Source: a virus (lineage: Duplodnaviria > Heunggongvirae > Uroviricota > Caudoviricetes). Taken from it: DNA of 64,000 nucleotides. The stretch lies in IMG/VR virus record IMGVR_UViG_2579779105_000001; one strand, given 5' to 3'. Under the pieces are notes generated by a model. That model searched no databases. It was not told the DNA's origin and saw nothing but the letters and a program-made list of their open reading frames with translations. Made by a program: the position numbers and the translations under genes. Below are positions 37,212-48,413 of the stretch, piece by piece. The number at the start of each line of letters is the position of its first letter. Within the stretch, counting starts at the first letter, position 1.

Positions 37212-38015
37212 TTGAGGATGCTTATGGGCCGTTTTGACGAATGGTTTGCTGACGATGCAAACCTGGCAAGTAAGGAGTCAGAACATGACAGCACGCAGAG
37301 AGAAACGCCAGCGCCGATTGAAGCGAATGCAGGAGGCGCGCCGGAACATGGCAATACCGGTTCGGATTCATTCAGCATTCTGGAAGAGCAACCCGCCGCC
37401 AAAGCTGATAGCCATGATAATTTTGCTGATAGCAACGGTGGCCTTACTCCGGATGCTGGCGAATCAGATATAGCCATACTTCCACCTTCCCTGGCTGGCA
37501 GAGAACCAACTCCACAGCTAAAAGCACGCTATAACGGGCATAAAGCCTTTAACGACCAAATCCGCGCAGACTGGATGCTGATTATTGAATCCAGCCCAGA
37601 CGCGTTTCAGGCTCTCTTATATCGACCAGATGTTGGCACATATGGGGTAGTCAGCGACGAAACAGGAGAAGAGTCATTCACTGAACTGGATAACAACCAA
37701 CGCGAACTGACTTACCAGGAACCTGAAATCGTTTATGTGCTGGATAACCCTGACGGACGTGACTCTTTCCATGCGATTGACGCAGACGGTGAGCAGGATG
37801 GCTTAACCGATGATGTTCTGATTCTGCGTATTGCAGCAAATAACGTCCCCGTCGGCTCAATTCTTGAATGGAATGAAGAGATGGTAAACGGCGTAGCCCG
37901 CCGCTGGTGGTACGTGCACCGTATTTTTAGCTACGGCACACAGCATGTTGGTTCGCTTTACTACTGCATACCTGCCAGGAATTTTGATACGACTCAAAAC
38001 GGAGTGATCGAATGA
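37212..38015 (+). CDS. hypothetical acidic protein
   Basis: 267-aa ORF, first of four coupled plus-strand genes upstream of hrdC. Confidence 0.45.
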   Translation: MRMLMGRFDEWFADDANLASKESEHDSTQRETPAPIEANAGGAPEHGNTGSDSFSILEEQPAAKADSHDNFADSNGGLTPDAGESDIAILPPSLAGREPTPQLKARYNGHKAFNDQIRADWMLIIESSPDAFQALLYRPDVGTYGVVSDETGEESFTELDNNQRELTYQEPEIVYVLDNPDGRDSFHAIDADGEQDGLTDDVLILRIAANNVPVGSILEWNEEMVNGVARRWWYVHRIFSYGTQHVGSLYYCIPARNFDTTQNGVIE

Positions 38016-38779
38016 CTTCAAATAAAACCCTCCTGGCGCGAACAGGTGAATGGCAAACCTCACGCACAGGAAAATTCCAGACCACGGGCTTTGAAAACGT
38101 GGATAACGCGTTTGCGACGCTAATCAGCAACATTTTTTCTGATATCTTACTGGTGGCCCCCGCGCCGGAAGAAAAACGCTTTGCGTCATTCCTGAATCGT
38201 CCACCAGCAGAGCGTGTCTATGTGGCCCGTTTCGACAATGCGATCGAGTTTCTTAAAGCAGTTCGTCGCGCAAATGCCGGGCAAGGGAGAAAACCTGAAA
38301 ACCAGAACATTAACCGGGATGCTCTCCCCCTGGTCAATATCTCACGCACTATGGATATCAATTATATCAACGATGATCAGCAGATTGACCGCAAAAAAGT
38401 AGCCAGTTTTTGCGAACCAGATACCGGAATGCCTTTAGCAGAACTGGAATACACCCAGGCCATTCTGACGTATGACGTTACGTTAATGGCAACTGATAAA
38501 GCGACCATGAGTCTGATGTGTAATTCGCTGGGCGCACGGCTTCGCCTGATGACAGGTACACAATTTGAAGCAACCACTCACCTTGTTCGTGTCCCGGTCC
38601 CGCTGATTTGCTCGATACAGGATGCCAAAGAAGTCGGCTTTACGGATGTTTCAGCACCAATTGGAGAAGAGCGTATTTATGCCACACAAGCGCCGATAAG
38701 TGTGATTGCAGACGTGATCACAGCATGGGAGTTGGACGCAAAACGTATTATTACCGAAACCTCGATATCTATGGGGTGA
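38012..38779 (+). CDS. hypothetical protein
   Basis: 255-aa ORF, coupled. Confidence 0.45.
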   Translation: MTSNKTLLARTGEWQTSRTGKFQTTGFENVDNAFATLISNIFSDILLVAPAPEEKRFASFLNRPPAERVYVARFDNAIEFLKAVRRANAGQGRKPENQNINRDALPLVNISRTMDINYINDDQQIDRKKVASFCEPDTGMPLAELEYTQAILTYDVTLMATDKATMSLMCNSLGARLRLMTGTQFEATTHLVRVPVPLICSIQDAKEVGFTDVSAPIGEERIYATQAPISVIADVITAWELDAKRIITETSISMG

Positions 38780-38782
38780 TAA

Positions 38783-39763
38783 GTGGCCCAGGAGTTACAA
38801 CAATATTTTCTACAGTCAGTGCTCATTAACGATAACAAAGTGCCACGAGACTGGATTTTTACCGCAGTATATGTAGAAAAAACCAGCCTCAAAGCCCCTT
38901 TGCTAAAACTGGAAATTCATGACGCTACCGGCACCGTAATTGATGACTGGAAAGCCAAATACGGTGCATCGCTGGTGGCTGAAATGGGCGATCCAAACGG
39001 TAATGCAGGCACTTTTAAAACAGATTTCTTTGTTACGTCTGCAATGCTGGCTGGTGATGTTGTTACCGTTATTGCTGTCAGTGAAGACGTGCGCAGGTTT
39101 AAGATCCCCTCCCCGCGCACAAATTTACATACCAACAAAACACCAGACGCTATATTCAAGGCATATTCCGGCAAACTTAAAATTACCAGCAGCGTGCTAA
39201 AACGCGCAGTTACATATCATCTGAATGCTGGTGACAAACCGTCAAAAATGCTTTCGGAGATAGCGCGAGACAAAGGTGCATTGTGTTGGGTATGTCGGGG
39301 GGAATTTAACTTTTACACCCTGGCTGATCTGATGAAGCAAACGCCATCATTTACCTACGAGGGGAATAACCCTAAAGCAGAATACACTTTGTCCAAAATG
39401 CGCCTACTCCAACAGGAACATGCGACAACAGCAAAGAATCAATATCGTTTTGTTGGGTATTCCATGACCGATGGCTACGTCGAATATGGCGATAGCTCAC
39501 TCCCAGTGCGTTATATATCCGACTCTGATATGGAAACTCTTCGCAATATGCAGCTGTCTCTCGTCCCCAAAATGGATATAGAAGTCGCAGGCAATCCTGA
39601 TATAAAACCGGGGATGGTAATAGAGATTATCGTATACCGCTATGACCAGGAAAACCGCATTGATGAATCAATGCCCCGTAAGCTGATAGTAAAAAATGTT
39701 GCGCACTTTGAGGACCGCGTAGGCTACACAACACGAATGATATTGGGAGTGCCTAACAAATGA
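38783..39763 (+). CDS. hypothetical protein (possible baseplate or tail component)
   Basis: 326-aa ORF, coupled. Confidence 0.4.
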   Translation: MAQELQQYFLQSVLINDNKVPRDWIFTAVYVEKTSLKAPLLKLEIHDATGTVIDDWKAKYGASLVAEMGDPNGNAGTFKTDFFVTSAMLAGDVVTVIAVSEDVRRFKIPSPRTNLHTNKTPDAIFKAYSGKLKITSSVLKRAVTYHLNAGDKPSKMLSEIARDKGALCWVCRGEFNFYTLADLMKQTPSFTYEGNNPKAEYTLSKMRLLQQEHATTAKNQYRFVGYSMTDGYVEYGDSSLPVRYISDSDMETLRNMQLSLVPKMDIEVAGNPDIKPGMVIEIIVYRYDQENRIDESMPRKLIVKNVAHFEDRVGYTTRMILGVPNK

Positions 39764-40413
39764 AGCGTAGAGCGCAAATTGTTGGAACTGTGCACCCGGC
39801 AGGGCTTATGCGTGCTCAAGTCCGTGTTTTACCTGACTGGAATGGCGTTCCTGATGACGATCTACCCTGGGCGGAATACCAGTTACCCATCGGGAACGCT
39901 TTTGTACCTACAGTCAAAGGTGACCTGGTCTGGGTAGAGTTTCCTTATTTAGATGTTAACGGTCGAATAGACACCAGACGCCCAATGATAGTTGGTGCCG
40001 CTCAGGATGCGCCAGGCGGAGTTCCAAACGTCGCGCCGGAGGCGTCAGGCAATGGTAGCGGCTGGACGCCGCCTGAAGTAGACGGAGCGCCTCCCCGCCC
40101 GCAATTTTCGGCGACAAAAGATTTCGTTATTCACCGCAATAATGTGCTAGAAGTGCGAACGGCTGGCGGTGGATATGAAATAGCCAATACGGCAGCAGGT
40201 TCAAGGATTGGCATGAATGAGTCCGGGCAGATATATATCATTGGTCCGGCTGATGTAATCGTGAATGCAGGAGGGAGTGTTAACGTCAAATCAGCCAACA
40301 ACATCAATGTTAATGGGGAAAATATTGCTGTCACCGCTAACGGGGACATAGCTTTCAAGGCAGGGGGAACCTTTCAGGCCACTGCTGGCAACTTCGATTT
40401 CAAGAAAGGATAG
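39760..40413 (+). CDS. possible baseplate spike/hub-like protein
   Basis: 217 aa; N-terminal OB-fold-like region and Gly/Asn-rich beta-strand-like C-terminus. Inference only. Confidence 0.35.
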   Translation: MKRRAQIVGTVHPAGLMRAQVRVLPDWNGVPDDDLPWAEYQLPIGNAFVPTVKGDLVWVEFPYLDVNGRIDTRRPMIVGAAQDAPGGVPNVAPEASGNGSGWTPPEVDGAPPRPQFSATKDFVIHRNNVLEVRTAGGGYEIANTAAGSRIGMNESGQIYIIGPADVIVNAGGSVNVKSANNINVNGENIAVTANGDIAFKAGGTFQATAGNFDFKKG

Positions 40414-40447
40414 AAAATGCACCCATTTGTGTTAGATAATTAACGCG

Positions 40448-40464
40448 TATTTTCTAACATAAAT
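40448..40464 (+). promoter_or_regulatory. operator-like site TATTTTCTAACATAAAT
   Basis: Motif instance 9 bp upstream of hrdC. Confidence 0.45.
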
Positions 40465-40472
40465 GGTGAGAA

Positions 40473-41378
40473 ATGAGATCAGTCGCTTTCAAAAATATCT
40501 TCATCTATCGTCTTTCACGCGAAGTTAACTGGGATACCGCAGAAGTAAATGCAGCCCTTAGCAAGTTTGTGTTTACCCCATGCGGTTCTCAGGATATGGC
40601 TAAAGCTGGTTGGACCCCAATTCTTGGCGACAACCTCACCCATGAATACCAGGGTTTTCTTCTGATGCAGCATAAACGAGAGGAAAAAATCCTGCCTTCT
40701 CAAGTACTCAAAGAAGAGTTACAGAAAAAAATCCTGAAACTTGAAGAAGAGCAAGACAGAAAGCTGAAGAAGACCGAAAAAGATTCGCTGAAGGATGAAG
40801 TGCTTCACTCTCTTCTTCCTCGCGCTTTCACGAGAAAATCAGTCGCTAAAATCCTGATAGACCGAAGCAATCATCTGGTTTTTGTCGAGGCCAGCAGTGC
40901 TAAAAAAGCAGAGGATCAGCTGGCTTTGTTACGGAAATCGCTTGGCAGCTTGCCCGTTGTCCCCTTCTCTCCGAAAGACCCATTAGAACTGACCATCACT
41001 GGCTGGATTAAAGATGGCTTCCCGAACGGTTTCCGTGCTGGTGAGGAAGCGACTTTAAAAGCATTGCTTGATGATGGCGGCGCGGTCCGCTGCAAAAAAG
41101 TGGACCTGCTATCCGACGAGATCATGAGTCATATAGAAGCTGGTAAGGTTGCAACCACAGTTGCGGTTAACTGGCAAGACCGTGCATTTTTCAGACTGAA
41201 TGACGATATGAGTATCAAGGCTTTGTCGTTCAGCGACGAATTGTACGACCAAAACGACGATATTGATCGAGAGGATGTAGCGCAACGATTTGACGCTGAC
41301 TTTATCCTGTTTACTGCTGAATTATCAGCCATGTTCACTTCGCTAGTGGAGGCCGTTGGTGGTGAAGCAGAACGTTAA
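40473..41378 (+). CDS. hrdC: RdgC-like recombination-associated protein (HrdC)
   Basis: Extended similarity to E. coli RdgC ([76 protein letters not shown]). Confidence 0.85.
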   Translation: MRSVAFKNIFIYRLSREVNWDTAEVNAALSKFVFTPCGSQDMAKAGWTPILGDNLTHEYQGFLLMQHKREEKILPSQVLKEELQKKILKLEEEQDRKLKKTEKDSLKDEVLHSLLPRAFTRKSVAKILIDRSNHLVFVEASSAKKAEDQLALLRKSLGSLPVVPFSPKDPLELTITGWIKDGFPNGFRAGEEATLKALLDDGGAVRCKKVDLLSDEIMSHIEAGKVATTVAVNWQDRAFFRLNDDMSIKALSFSDELYDQNDDIDREDVAQRFDADFILFTAELSAMFTSLVEAVGGEAER

Positions 41379-43650
41379 CCTTAGATATGGTTCTGTTTGC
41401 AGTGGAATTGAAGCAGCGAGCATTGCCTGGGAACCGTTGGGTATGCGTCCGGCGTGGTTTGCTGAAATCGAGCCTTTTCCATCTGCCGTTCTTGCGCACC
41501 GCTGGCCCCATGTCGCCAACCTTGGCGATATGACAAAACTTGCCAAAAAAGTCCTGGCTGGGGAAATCGAATCCCCTGATGTGCTCGTCGGGGGAACACC
41601 TTGTCAGGCATTCAGTATCGCGGGATTACGTGGTGGGCTTGATGATGAGCGTGGCGCGCTAACTTTAAAGTATGTGGAGCTTGCAAATGCAATTGACGAC
41701 AAACGGGCTGAGTCATTTCTCAAACCAGCCGTTATCGTCTGGGAAAATGTCCCAGGAGTCTTGTCATCGGCAGATAACGCCTTCGGATGTTTCCTTGCCG
41801 GATTGGCTGGAGAAGATGCGCCATTCGAACCAGGTGCTCGACCTGAATCACGAAAAAGTAACGCGTTCTGGCGGTGGGATGTCAAAACCAGTTGCCATGC
41901 TCCAAAGTGGCCGCAGTGTGGTTGTATTTATGGACCGCAGCGAAAAGTGGCCTGGAGAATCCTTGATGCCCAATACTTCGGAGTGGCACAACGACGCCGA
42001 CGCGTGTTTGTTGTCGCAAGTGCTCGAACAGACCTCGATCCCGCAACGATACTTTTTGAGTTCGAAGGCGTGCGCCGGAATATTGCGCCGAGCCGAAAAA
42101 AGAAGGAAATCGCTTCCGCCATTATTGCAAATGGCGCTGCAATCAGTGGCGAAAGTCTAAATCCATGCCTACACGCTGACATGCCCCCCGGTATGAAATC
42201 GACGAAAGCCGTAAACGCTTTCAGGATGGCGGCATTTGGGGAATATATTGACGATGAAACCGCATCGACAGTAAAGGCAAGAGACTTTAAAGATGCCACT
42301 GACCTTGCCGTTTTTAGCAGCACAGGAGCAGGTTTTTGGTCAGAGGGGCATGGTACATTGCGGGCGCGTGAGCAAGAAAGCCATGAGCATCTTGTTACAT
42401 TAGCTTTTCCTGAGCATATGAGCGGTACACAACATGCTGCAACTAAGAATACTTCACCATCTCTAATGGCTCAAAATCCAACAGCCGTTTGCTATGAAGC
42501 AAGAAACGCAAAAGTAGCTGTTCGCCGTCTTACCCCTGTCGAATGTGAAAGGCTGCAAGGTTTTCCTGATGGGCATACGTTGATCCCTACGGAAAAGCGT
42601 AAAACAATTTCCTCAGATGAACTGGCATACCTTCGCAATCACTATCCAGATTTAAGCGAAGAAGAGGCCGCGATGCTCGCTGCTGACGGGCCGCGTTACA
42701 AAGCGATTGGCAACAGCATGGCAGTTCCTGTTATGCAATGGATTGGGTGTTGCATTCTTGCGACTGTGGAAGCTAAACAGCCAAAAACAATAAATACCAT
42801 TACCTACACAAGAATACTCCGGACTCCGGATGAATATGAGCGTCCGATCTTCAAATGGGTAGGAGGTAAATTCTCAGAGTTACCTACAGTGCTTGAGCAT
42901 CTACCACACGGCAAGCGGTTAATAGAACCATTCGTTGGTGGCGGTTCCGTATTTACGAATGCAGGATTTCGCCACAACCTGCTTAATGATATTAACGGTG
43001 ACCTGATTAACTTCTATCAGACATTGCAGCGAGAAGGACATTCGCTCGTCACGCTGTCATATAGTTTTTTCCAAAATTACAACAACGCTGACGCTTACCT
43101 CGAAGTGCGTGAGGCATTTAACAGAGGAAAGTATGACCAGCTACATCATGCTGCCGCCTTTTTGTACCTTAATCGGCACTGTTTTAATGGCGTAACGCGG
43201 TACAACCAAAATGGCGAGTTCAACGTGGGGTATGGCAAATACAAAGCGCCCTACTTCCCACATGCAGAGATGGAGGCATTTTTGGCTGATGACGTACTCA
43301 AAAACACGTCCTTTGTATCAGGTGACTTTGCTGGCGTCATCGAGGCGGCTGGTGAAGGCGATGTGATTTTTTGCGATCCGCCGTATGAACCGCTGCCGGA
43401 TACAGAAGGGTTTACCAGTTATTCAGGAAATAGCTTCCGTTTCGACGAACAGAAACGGCTGGTATCTCTATTGGTGGAAGCCCACCAGCGCGGCGCTAAG
43501 GTAGTGATTACAAATAGTGGTGCGCCAAACATCCGTGAACTATATGAAGGAAACGGGTTTAAAGTACATCATATGGCAGCCAGACGGTCGGTTTCCTGCA
43601 AGGCGTCAACACGTGTAGTTGCTAACGATATAATTGCAATAATGAAGTAA
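41356..43650 (+). CDS. dmt: bifunctional DNA methyltransferase (N-terminal C5-cytosine MTase fused to C-terminal Dam-like N6-adenine MTase; Dmt-like)
   Basis: [12 protein letters not shown] (C5-MTase PCQ motif) and ENVPGV in the N-terminal half; WVGGKF and FCDPPYEP (DPPY) in the C-terminal half. Overlaps the hrdC 3' end. Confidence 0.8.
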   Translation: MVVKQNVNLRYGSVCSGIEAASIAWEPLGMRPAWFAEIEPFPSAVLAHRWPHVANLGDMTKLAKKVLAGEIESPDVLVGGTPCQAFSIAGLRGGLDDERGALTLKYVELANAIDDKRAESFLKPAVIVWENVPGVLSSADNAFGCFLAGLAGEDAPFEPGARPESRKSNAFWRWDVKTSCHAPKWPQCGCIYGPQRKVAWRILDAQYFGVAQRRRRVFVVASARTDLDPATILFEFEGVRRNIAPSRKKKEIASAIIANGAAISGESLNPCLHADMPPGMKSTKAVNAFRMAAFGEYIDDETASTVKARDFKDATDLAVFSSTGAGFWSEGHGTLRAREQESHEHLVTLAFPEHMSGTQHAATKNTSPSLMAQNPTAVCYEARNAKVAVRRLTPVECERLQGFPDGHTLIPTEKRKTISSDELAYLRNHYPDLSEEEAAMLAADGPRYKAIGNSMAVPVMQWIGCCILATVEAKQPKTINTITYTRILRTPDEYERPIFKWVGGKFSELPTVLEHLPHGKRLIEPFVGGGSVFTNAGFRHNLLNDINGDLINFYQTLQREGHSLVTLSYSFFQNYNNADAYLEVREAFNRGKYDQLHHAAAFLYLNRHCFNGVTRYNQNGEFNVGYGKYKAPYFPHAEMEAFLADDVLKNTSFVSGDFAGVIEAAGEGDVIFCDPPYEPLPDTEGFTSYSGNSFRFDEQKRLVSLLVEAHQRGAKVVITNSGAPNIRELYEGNGFKVHHMAARRSVSCKASTRVVANDIIAIMK

Positions 43651-43652
43651 AA

Positions 43653-43681
43653 AACGCCGCAGTAGCGGCGTTTACTTTTTT
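43653..43681. terminator. bidirectional rho-independent terminator (AACGCCGC-AGTA-GCGGCGTT)
   Basis: Flanked by A-run and T-run, between convergent dmt and glnS. Confidence 0.6.
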
Positions 43682-43698
43682 ATGTGGCGAAATACCTA

Positions 43699-45360
43699 TT
43701 AACCTAACTTCGCCCAGGTATCACGCAGCCCAACGGTGCGGTTAAATACCGGTTTTTCCGCCGTAGAATGGCGGCTGTCGAGGCAGAAATAACCTTCACG
43801 CTCAAACTGGAATGCTTTACCAGCTACCGCTTCTTTCAGCGACGGTTCAGCAAAGCCCTGTTTGATCACCAGCGATTCCGGGTTAATCACCGACAGAAAA
43901 TCATCCGCAGCACCTGGGTTCGGTACACTGAACAGACGGTCGTACAGGCGAATTTCAACCGGCAGCGCATGGGCCGCGCTTACCCAGTGGATAACGCCTT
44001 TCACTTTACGACCATCTGCCGGATCTTTGCTTAAAGTATCGGCATCGTAGGTACAGAAGATGGTGGTGATATTGCCTTCGGCATCTTTCTCCACGCGTTC
44101 AGCCTTAATGACGTAAGCATTACGCAGACGCACTTCTTTACCCAGCACCAGACGTTTGTACTGCTTGTTAGCTTCTTCGCGGAAATCGGCGCGGTCGATC
44201 CAAATCTCACCGCTAAACGGCACCTGACGGCTACCCATTTCCGGTTTGTTCGGATGGTTCGGCATGGTGACCATTTCGCCTTCGCCCTGGTAGTTTTCGA
44301 TAACCAGTTTCACCGGATCGATAACCGCCATTGCGCGCGGCGCATTTTCGTTGAGATCTTCACGGATGCAGGATTCCAGCGACGCCATCTCAATGGTGTT
44401 GTCCTGCTTGGTCACGCCGATGCGTTTGCAGAACTCACGAATAGAAGCCGCAGTGTAACCACGACGACGCAGACCGGAAATGGTCGGCATACGCGGGTCA
44501 TCCCAGCCTTCAACGTGCTTGTCGGTCACCAGCAGGTTCAGCTTACGCTTGGACATCACAGTGTATTCCAGATTCAGGCGCGAGAATTCGTACTGGCGCG
44601 GGTGAACAGGAATGGTGATGTTGTCCAGCACCCAGTCGTACAGGCGACGGTTGTCCTGGAACTCAAGCGTACACAGAGAGTGCGTAATACCTTCCAGCGC
44701 ATCGCTGATGCAGTGGGTGAAGTCGTACATCGGGTAGATGCACCACTTGTTGCCAGTCTGGTGGTGTTCAGCAAACTTAATGCGGTACAGCACCGGATCG
44801 CGCATCACGATAAACGGCGACGCCATGTCGATTTTCGCACGCAGGCAGGCTTTACCTTCTTCAAAACCACCGGCACGCATTTTTTCGAACAGCGCCAGGT
44901 TCTCTTCAACGCTGCGATCGCGGTACGGGCTGTTTTTACCCGGCTGCGTCAGGGTGCCGCGGTATTCGCGGATCTGTTCCGGCGTCAGTTCGTCAACATA
45001 CGCCAGGCCTTTGTTGATCAGTTCAACAGCATAGGCGTGGAGCTGATCAAAATAATCGGAGGAGTAACGGACGTTACCAGACCAGTGAAAACCTAACCAT
45101 TCAACGTCGTTTTTAATCGACTCGACGTACTCGATATCTTCTTTTACCGGGTTAGTGTCGTCGAAACGCAGGTTGCACTGGCCTTTATAGTCCTGGGCGA
45201 TCCCGAAGTTCAGGCAGATAGATTTCGCATGACCAATATGCAGATAGCCATTCGGTTCCGGCGGGAAACGGGTATGTACTGTGGTGTGCTTACCACTTGC
45301 CAGATCTTCATCGATGATCTGACGAATAAAGTTAGTCGGGCGGGCTTCTGCCTCACTCAT
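43699..45360 (-). CDS. glnS: glutaminyl-tRNA synthetase (full length, host-like)
   Basis: 553 aa, essentially co-linear with E. coli GlnS from [20 protein letters not shown] through the C-terminal anticodon-binding domain; HIGH motif (HIGH) and VMSKR present. Confidence 0.95.
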   Translation of the reverse strand: MSEAEARPTNFIRQIIDEDLASGKHTTVHTRFPPEPNGYLHIGHAKSICLNFGIAQDYKGQCNLRFDDTNPVKEDIEYVESIKNDVEWLGFHWSGNVRYSSDYFDQLHAYAVELINKGLAYVDELTPEQIREYRGTLTQPGKNSPYRDRSVEENLALFEKMRAGGFEEGKACLRAKIDMASPFIVMRDPVLYRIKFAEHHQTGNKWCIYPMYDFTHCISDALEGITHSLCTLEFQDNRRLYDWVLDNITIPVHPRQYEFSRLNLEYTVMSKRKLNLLVTDKHVEGWDDPRMPTISGLRRRGYTAASIREFCKRIGVTKQDNTIEMASLESCIREDLNENAPRAMAVIDPVKLVIENYQGEGEMVTMPNHPNKPEMGSRQVPFSGEIWIDRADFREEANKQYKRLVLGKEVRLRNAYVIKAERVEKDAEGNITTIFCTYDADTLSKDPADGRKVKGVIHWVSAAHALPVEIRLYDRLFSVPNPGAADDFLSVINPESLVIKQGFAEPSLKEAVAGKAFQFEREGYFCLDSRHSTAEKPVFNRTVGLRDTWAKLG

Positions 45361-45628
45361 TGTGGATTCCTCAAAGCGTAAAAAACGTATAACAGCGTAT
45401 GATCTTATAAGCCGAATAGGCTGACAACCACTAGTTGATTAGAAATTGCTTTCTATCGTTATTTCAATAATGAGCTTTTTCATGAAGCCCACTTTTGCGC
45501 ATAAGTAAATTAATGACAAATGGTACACAATTGGAACCAAAAAGGATGTAAAGGTGCACCAAATTAGTGGTGTATTGGTGCATCTTTGGTTCAAGATTTT
45601 TTAAGTTCTAAAACCACCCTGAAAGACT

Positions 45629-45916
45629 TTATTTTGCTTCCTCAGACTCCGCTAACATGAGGATAGCATGGCGGATCATATTCAATTTGCTGCGATTATG
45701 CTTTTTACTTAACGCATCAAGTACCTGGTACTCGTATTCATTGAAACCAACACGAATAGATTTAAAATCACGTGGAGCGTCCTTATCGAGCACTTTGTTG
45801 TCTTCTGGTTGCTCACCCGGCACCAAATCAGCCTTACTTGCAAAATCCTCAATTCGGCGTTCAAGATCGGGGTCTTTTACTTCGGGGGCTTTTACCGATT
45901 TACGAGGTTTAATCAC
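45629..45916 (-). CDS. small centromere-binding partition protein (ParG/ParB-like, type Ib)
   Basis: 95 aa immediately downstream of and overlapping the ParA-like ATPase gene. Confidence 0.5.
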   Translation of the reverse strand: MIKPRKSVKAPEVKDPDLERRIEDFASKADLVPGEQPEDNKVLDKDAPRDFKSIRVGFNEYEYQVLDALSKKHNRSKLNMIRHAILMLAESEEAK

Positions 45917-46550
45917 TTAATAACTCCTTAACCAACATCTGGATTTCACCTTTAGCTTTCCCGTTGTCCATCTCAACAACGCCCTTCCCTTCAGCCATGC
46001 AATCGCGGTAAACCTTACGATCACGAATGATGGTTTTCAGCAACTTCAGTTGCGGATATTCAGCCAGGTACTCTTTGGCCTCATTGGTTTCATTCACAAC
46101 CGGATTGGATGGGGCCATTGTTAAGACTGCGAACGCCTTAATGCTAGGATTAGGCATCAGGTCCAAAGCCTCTTCAAACACTTCAACAAAGTGTGCCAGC
46201 GTGTCTAAATCTGGTTGAGATGGTCTGAATGGGACCAACACAATATCTGCAGCGGTTATGCCTGTACGCATCTCTTTGCTATCGCGCCCGGCTGTATCAA
46301 CAACTACAAATTCATAACGCTTATCCAGATCGAGAAGTGTTTCTCGAATATTACCAAACTTCTGGACACAATGAATTACAGGAGAAACCTCTGCCGTGTT
46401 ACGGTCAGCGGCCCAGCGGGCAGCTGTTCCTTGCTTGTCTGCATCTAGTAACACTACATCCTTATTTTCGCGGGCAAGCTCCGCACAGATGTTTACGCTT
46501 GTGGTTGATTTTCCACAGCCACCTTTTTGGCTGACTACCAATATAATCAT
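45909..46550 (-). CDS. ParA/ParF-family partition ATPase (small, type Ib)
   Basis: Deviant Walker A KGGCGKST at the N-terminus; 213 aa. Confidence 0.75.
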   Translation of the reverse strand: MIILVVSQKGGCGKSTTSVNICAELARENKDVVLLDADKQGTAARWAADRNTAEVSPVIHCVQKFGNIRETLLDLDKRYEFVVVDTAGRDSKEMRTGITAADIVLVPFRPSQPDLDTLAHFVEVFEEALDLMPNPSIKAFAVLTMAPSNPVVNETNEAKEYLAEYPQLKLLKTIIRDRKVYRDCMAEGKGVVEMDNGKAKGEIQMLVKELLSD

Positions 46551-46569
46551 ATCCGTTCCTCGGTGTTAT

Positions 46570-46800
46570 TTTGGTATCAAACTGGTTCCAAACAGAAGCC
46601 TTATTGATGCAGTTTTGGCTCTATAGTGGAGTCATTATGCTTTGCAAAAGTATAACACTAATCATTCTAAATTTGCCCTCTGTTGCATCCTGTTTAACAC
46701 GAAATCAGCCCTAAATTGGAACCAGATACAAAACTGCACCATAACAGCACCTAACCGGTGCCAGATTAACACCAATTAGGCACCATTAAGGCATAAAAAA
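46570..46800. repeat. centromere/operator-like repeat region upstream of the ParA-like gene
   Basis: Repeated TGGAACCA and (T/G)GCACCA motifs; related repeats also occur downstream at about 45530-45600. Confidence 0.4.
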
Positions 46801-46837
46801 GGCTGCAATTTGCAGCCTTAAACCAGCACATCTTCTG

Positions 46838-47182
46838 TCAATCAGGTAGAGAGTCAGCCAGATTGCGCGCCGACGCGCTTTTGGCAACAACTTGCTCCTT
46901 CACTGGCTCAATGGAGGCAGGGCGCTCCTCAACCGCAGCTGGTAGTTCCAGGAAGGATGCCAGCATTTTTCGGATCAGCTCCGGATTATTATCTTCGGTC
47001 AGCAGGGAAGCCAGTAATCCTGGAAGCCTGCTATCGACTTCTCCCAGCGCAAGCCCTGCCAACAATGCGGTTCTTGCCATATCGCTATGTTTTTTTATCT
47101 TCTCGCTCGCCGCCTTTTCATTGGCATAAGCCTCTGGGCGAAGATAAATCATCACTTTCTTACGTTCCTGAGACATGGACAT
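46838..47182 (-). CDS. parR: ParR (StbB-like) centromere-binding protein
   Basis: 114 aa downstream of parM; ARTALLAGLALG region resembles R1 ParR. Confidence 0.6.
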   Translation of the reverse strand: MSMSQERKKVMIYLRPEAYANEKAASEKIKKHSDMARTALLAGLALGEVDSRLPGLLASLLTEDNNPELIRKMLASFLELPAAVEERPASIEPVKEQVVAKSASARNLADSLPD

Positions 47183-47189
47183 TACCTCG

Positions 47190-48146
47190 TTAACCGATTG
47201 CTTTCAGGCCATGAACAAGAGCAAGTTGCGGGTCATCCGCCACGAAGAAACGGTCATCACGAATATTAACTTGCTCGCGAATTGCATCTGCCACCAGCGG
47301 TGCGCCACCACCGATCACCATGACATGCGTATATCCTTTAAAGTCGCCAATCACATCAAGAACGCGGGTACGCAGACGGTCAATGCTTGCGGCAATGGCC
47401 TTTTTCACATCACCAATCGCTGATGGGTCATTGATATTGTCGTTCAGATAATCTTCATCGTGGCGGTTAATAATGAGCTGATCGACATTGTAATTTGACG
47501 TTTCGGTATTGGCCCTTGCAAGTGCTTGCCTTACTTCCCTGGTGACCAGTGATACACCAAGATTCGAATCGCCAAAAACACGGGAAACTGCCGTCATTTG
47601 CCCGGCGACCATTGAAACATCAAGGGTAGTTCCACCCAAATCGACGATAAGAACAGAATGGGCAGGGTTCAGATTGTCGCACAGGCCAATTCCTGCCGGA
47701 ATAGACTCCGGTCGTACCGTAACTTTCTTAATCGTGAACACATTGCCTTTATTCAGCGTGACGGGGCGCATAAGACTGGCTTTCTTGCGCTCGATGTTAT
47801 CGAGATTGTATTGCGCGTCGTCGTCGTAAAACTCCGCCAGAGGCAGCGTGACCACAATTTCTACTTCCTGCGGCTCAATGCCACTTGTCAGCAGGGCATG
47901 GTGAACAGCCAGGACGTTAAGCGGGCTGTATTGCCATTCCACGTTATTCGTCGGCAGAACATCTGGCGAGATCAAATCATACGAATACTTTTCGTCGTCA
48001 ATGACATAGTTAAACGGCTTGCCCGCACCAAATGTTGCTGACCATCCGCGCTTAAAGCTGTTAGGGCTGATGTGAGTGCGAGTTTCCCCGTCGTGCTCCC
48101 ACAGCATTTTGATATTGGTTGAACCATCATCGATAAAAATGCGCAT
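47190..48146 (-). CDS. parM: ParM (StbA) actin-like partition ATPase
   Basis: Start set at MRIFIDDGSTNIK; extensive similarity to R1 ParM (ISPNSFKR, NVLAVHHALLTSG, IERKKA, MPESIPAG, IVDLGGTTLDVS, GDSNLGVSLVT, GYTHVMVIGGGA, RDDRFF). Confidence 0.85.
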   Translation of the reverse strand: MRIFIDDGSTNIKMLWEHDGETRTHISPNSFKRGWSATFGAGKPFNYVIDDEKYSYDLISPDVLPTNNVEWQYSPLNVLAVHHALLTSGIEPQEVEIVVTLPLAEFYDDDAQYNLDNIERKKASLMRPVTLNKGNVFTIKKVTVRPESIPAGIGLCDNLNPAHSVLIVDLGGTTLDVSMVAGQMTAVSRVFGDSNLGVSLVTREVRQALARANTETSNYNVDQLIINRHDEDYLNDNINDPSAIGDVKKAIAASIDRLRTRVLDVIGDFKGYTHVMVIGGGAPLVADAIREQVNIRDDRFFVADDPQLALVHGLKAIG

Positions 48147-48170
48147 CTTCTTGCTCCACTTCTGAGACAC

Positions 48171-48345
48171 ATTTGAGAATCATAATGCAATTTTAAAAGA
48201 GAAGCCCCCAAAAATCCACACCAAAAGAGATAAAAAAAGAGTGATTATTGAGTTCATTTTGAGAATACCTTAATCACCCAATGAATTATGGTCTGACAGT
48301 GAGATTTATTTGAGAATGAAGTGAGAATACAGAAATATTCCGAAA
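48171..48345. repeat. parC-like iteron region (repeated TTTGAGAAT units) upstream of parM
   Basis: At least four TGAGAAT-containing repeats. Confidence 0.45.
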
Positions 48346-48413
48346 TTTAACTCTCAGTTTGAATGATGAAATAACAAAGTGATGACAATAGGAGGATAAC
48401 CCGGAGGTGAAGA

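Noticed and set aside
37061-37477. 138-aa minus-strand ORF overlapping the start of the 37212 plus-strand gene
   Set aside because: Ser/Ala/Gly-rich antisense ORF with no RBS; the plus-strand gene has an RBS and is part of a coupled four-gene operon.
44254-45096. 280-aa plus-strand ORF antisense to glnS
   Set aside because: Lies wholly inside the strongly supported glnS reading frame on the opposite strand; Arg/His/Val-rich shadow ORF.
43650-45630. glnS as part of a transposon or IS-mediated insertion
   Set aside because: No transposase ORF, terminal inverted repeats or target-site duplication could be identified by eye at the flanks, so a mobile-element call is not supportable; the acquisition mechanism stays open.
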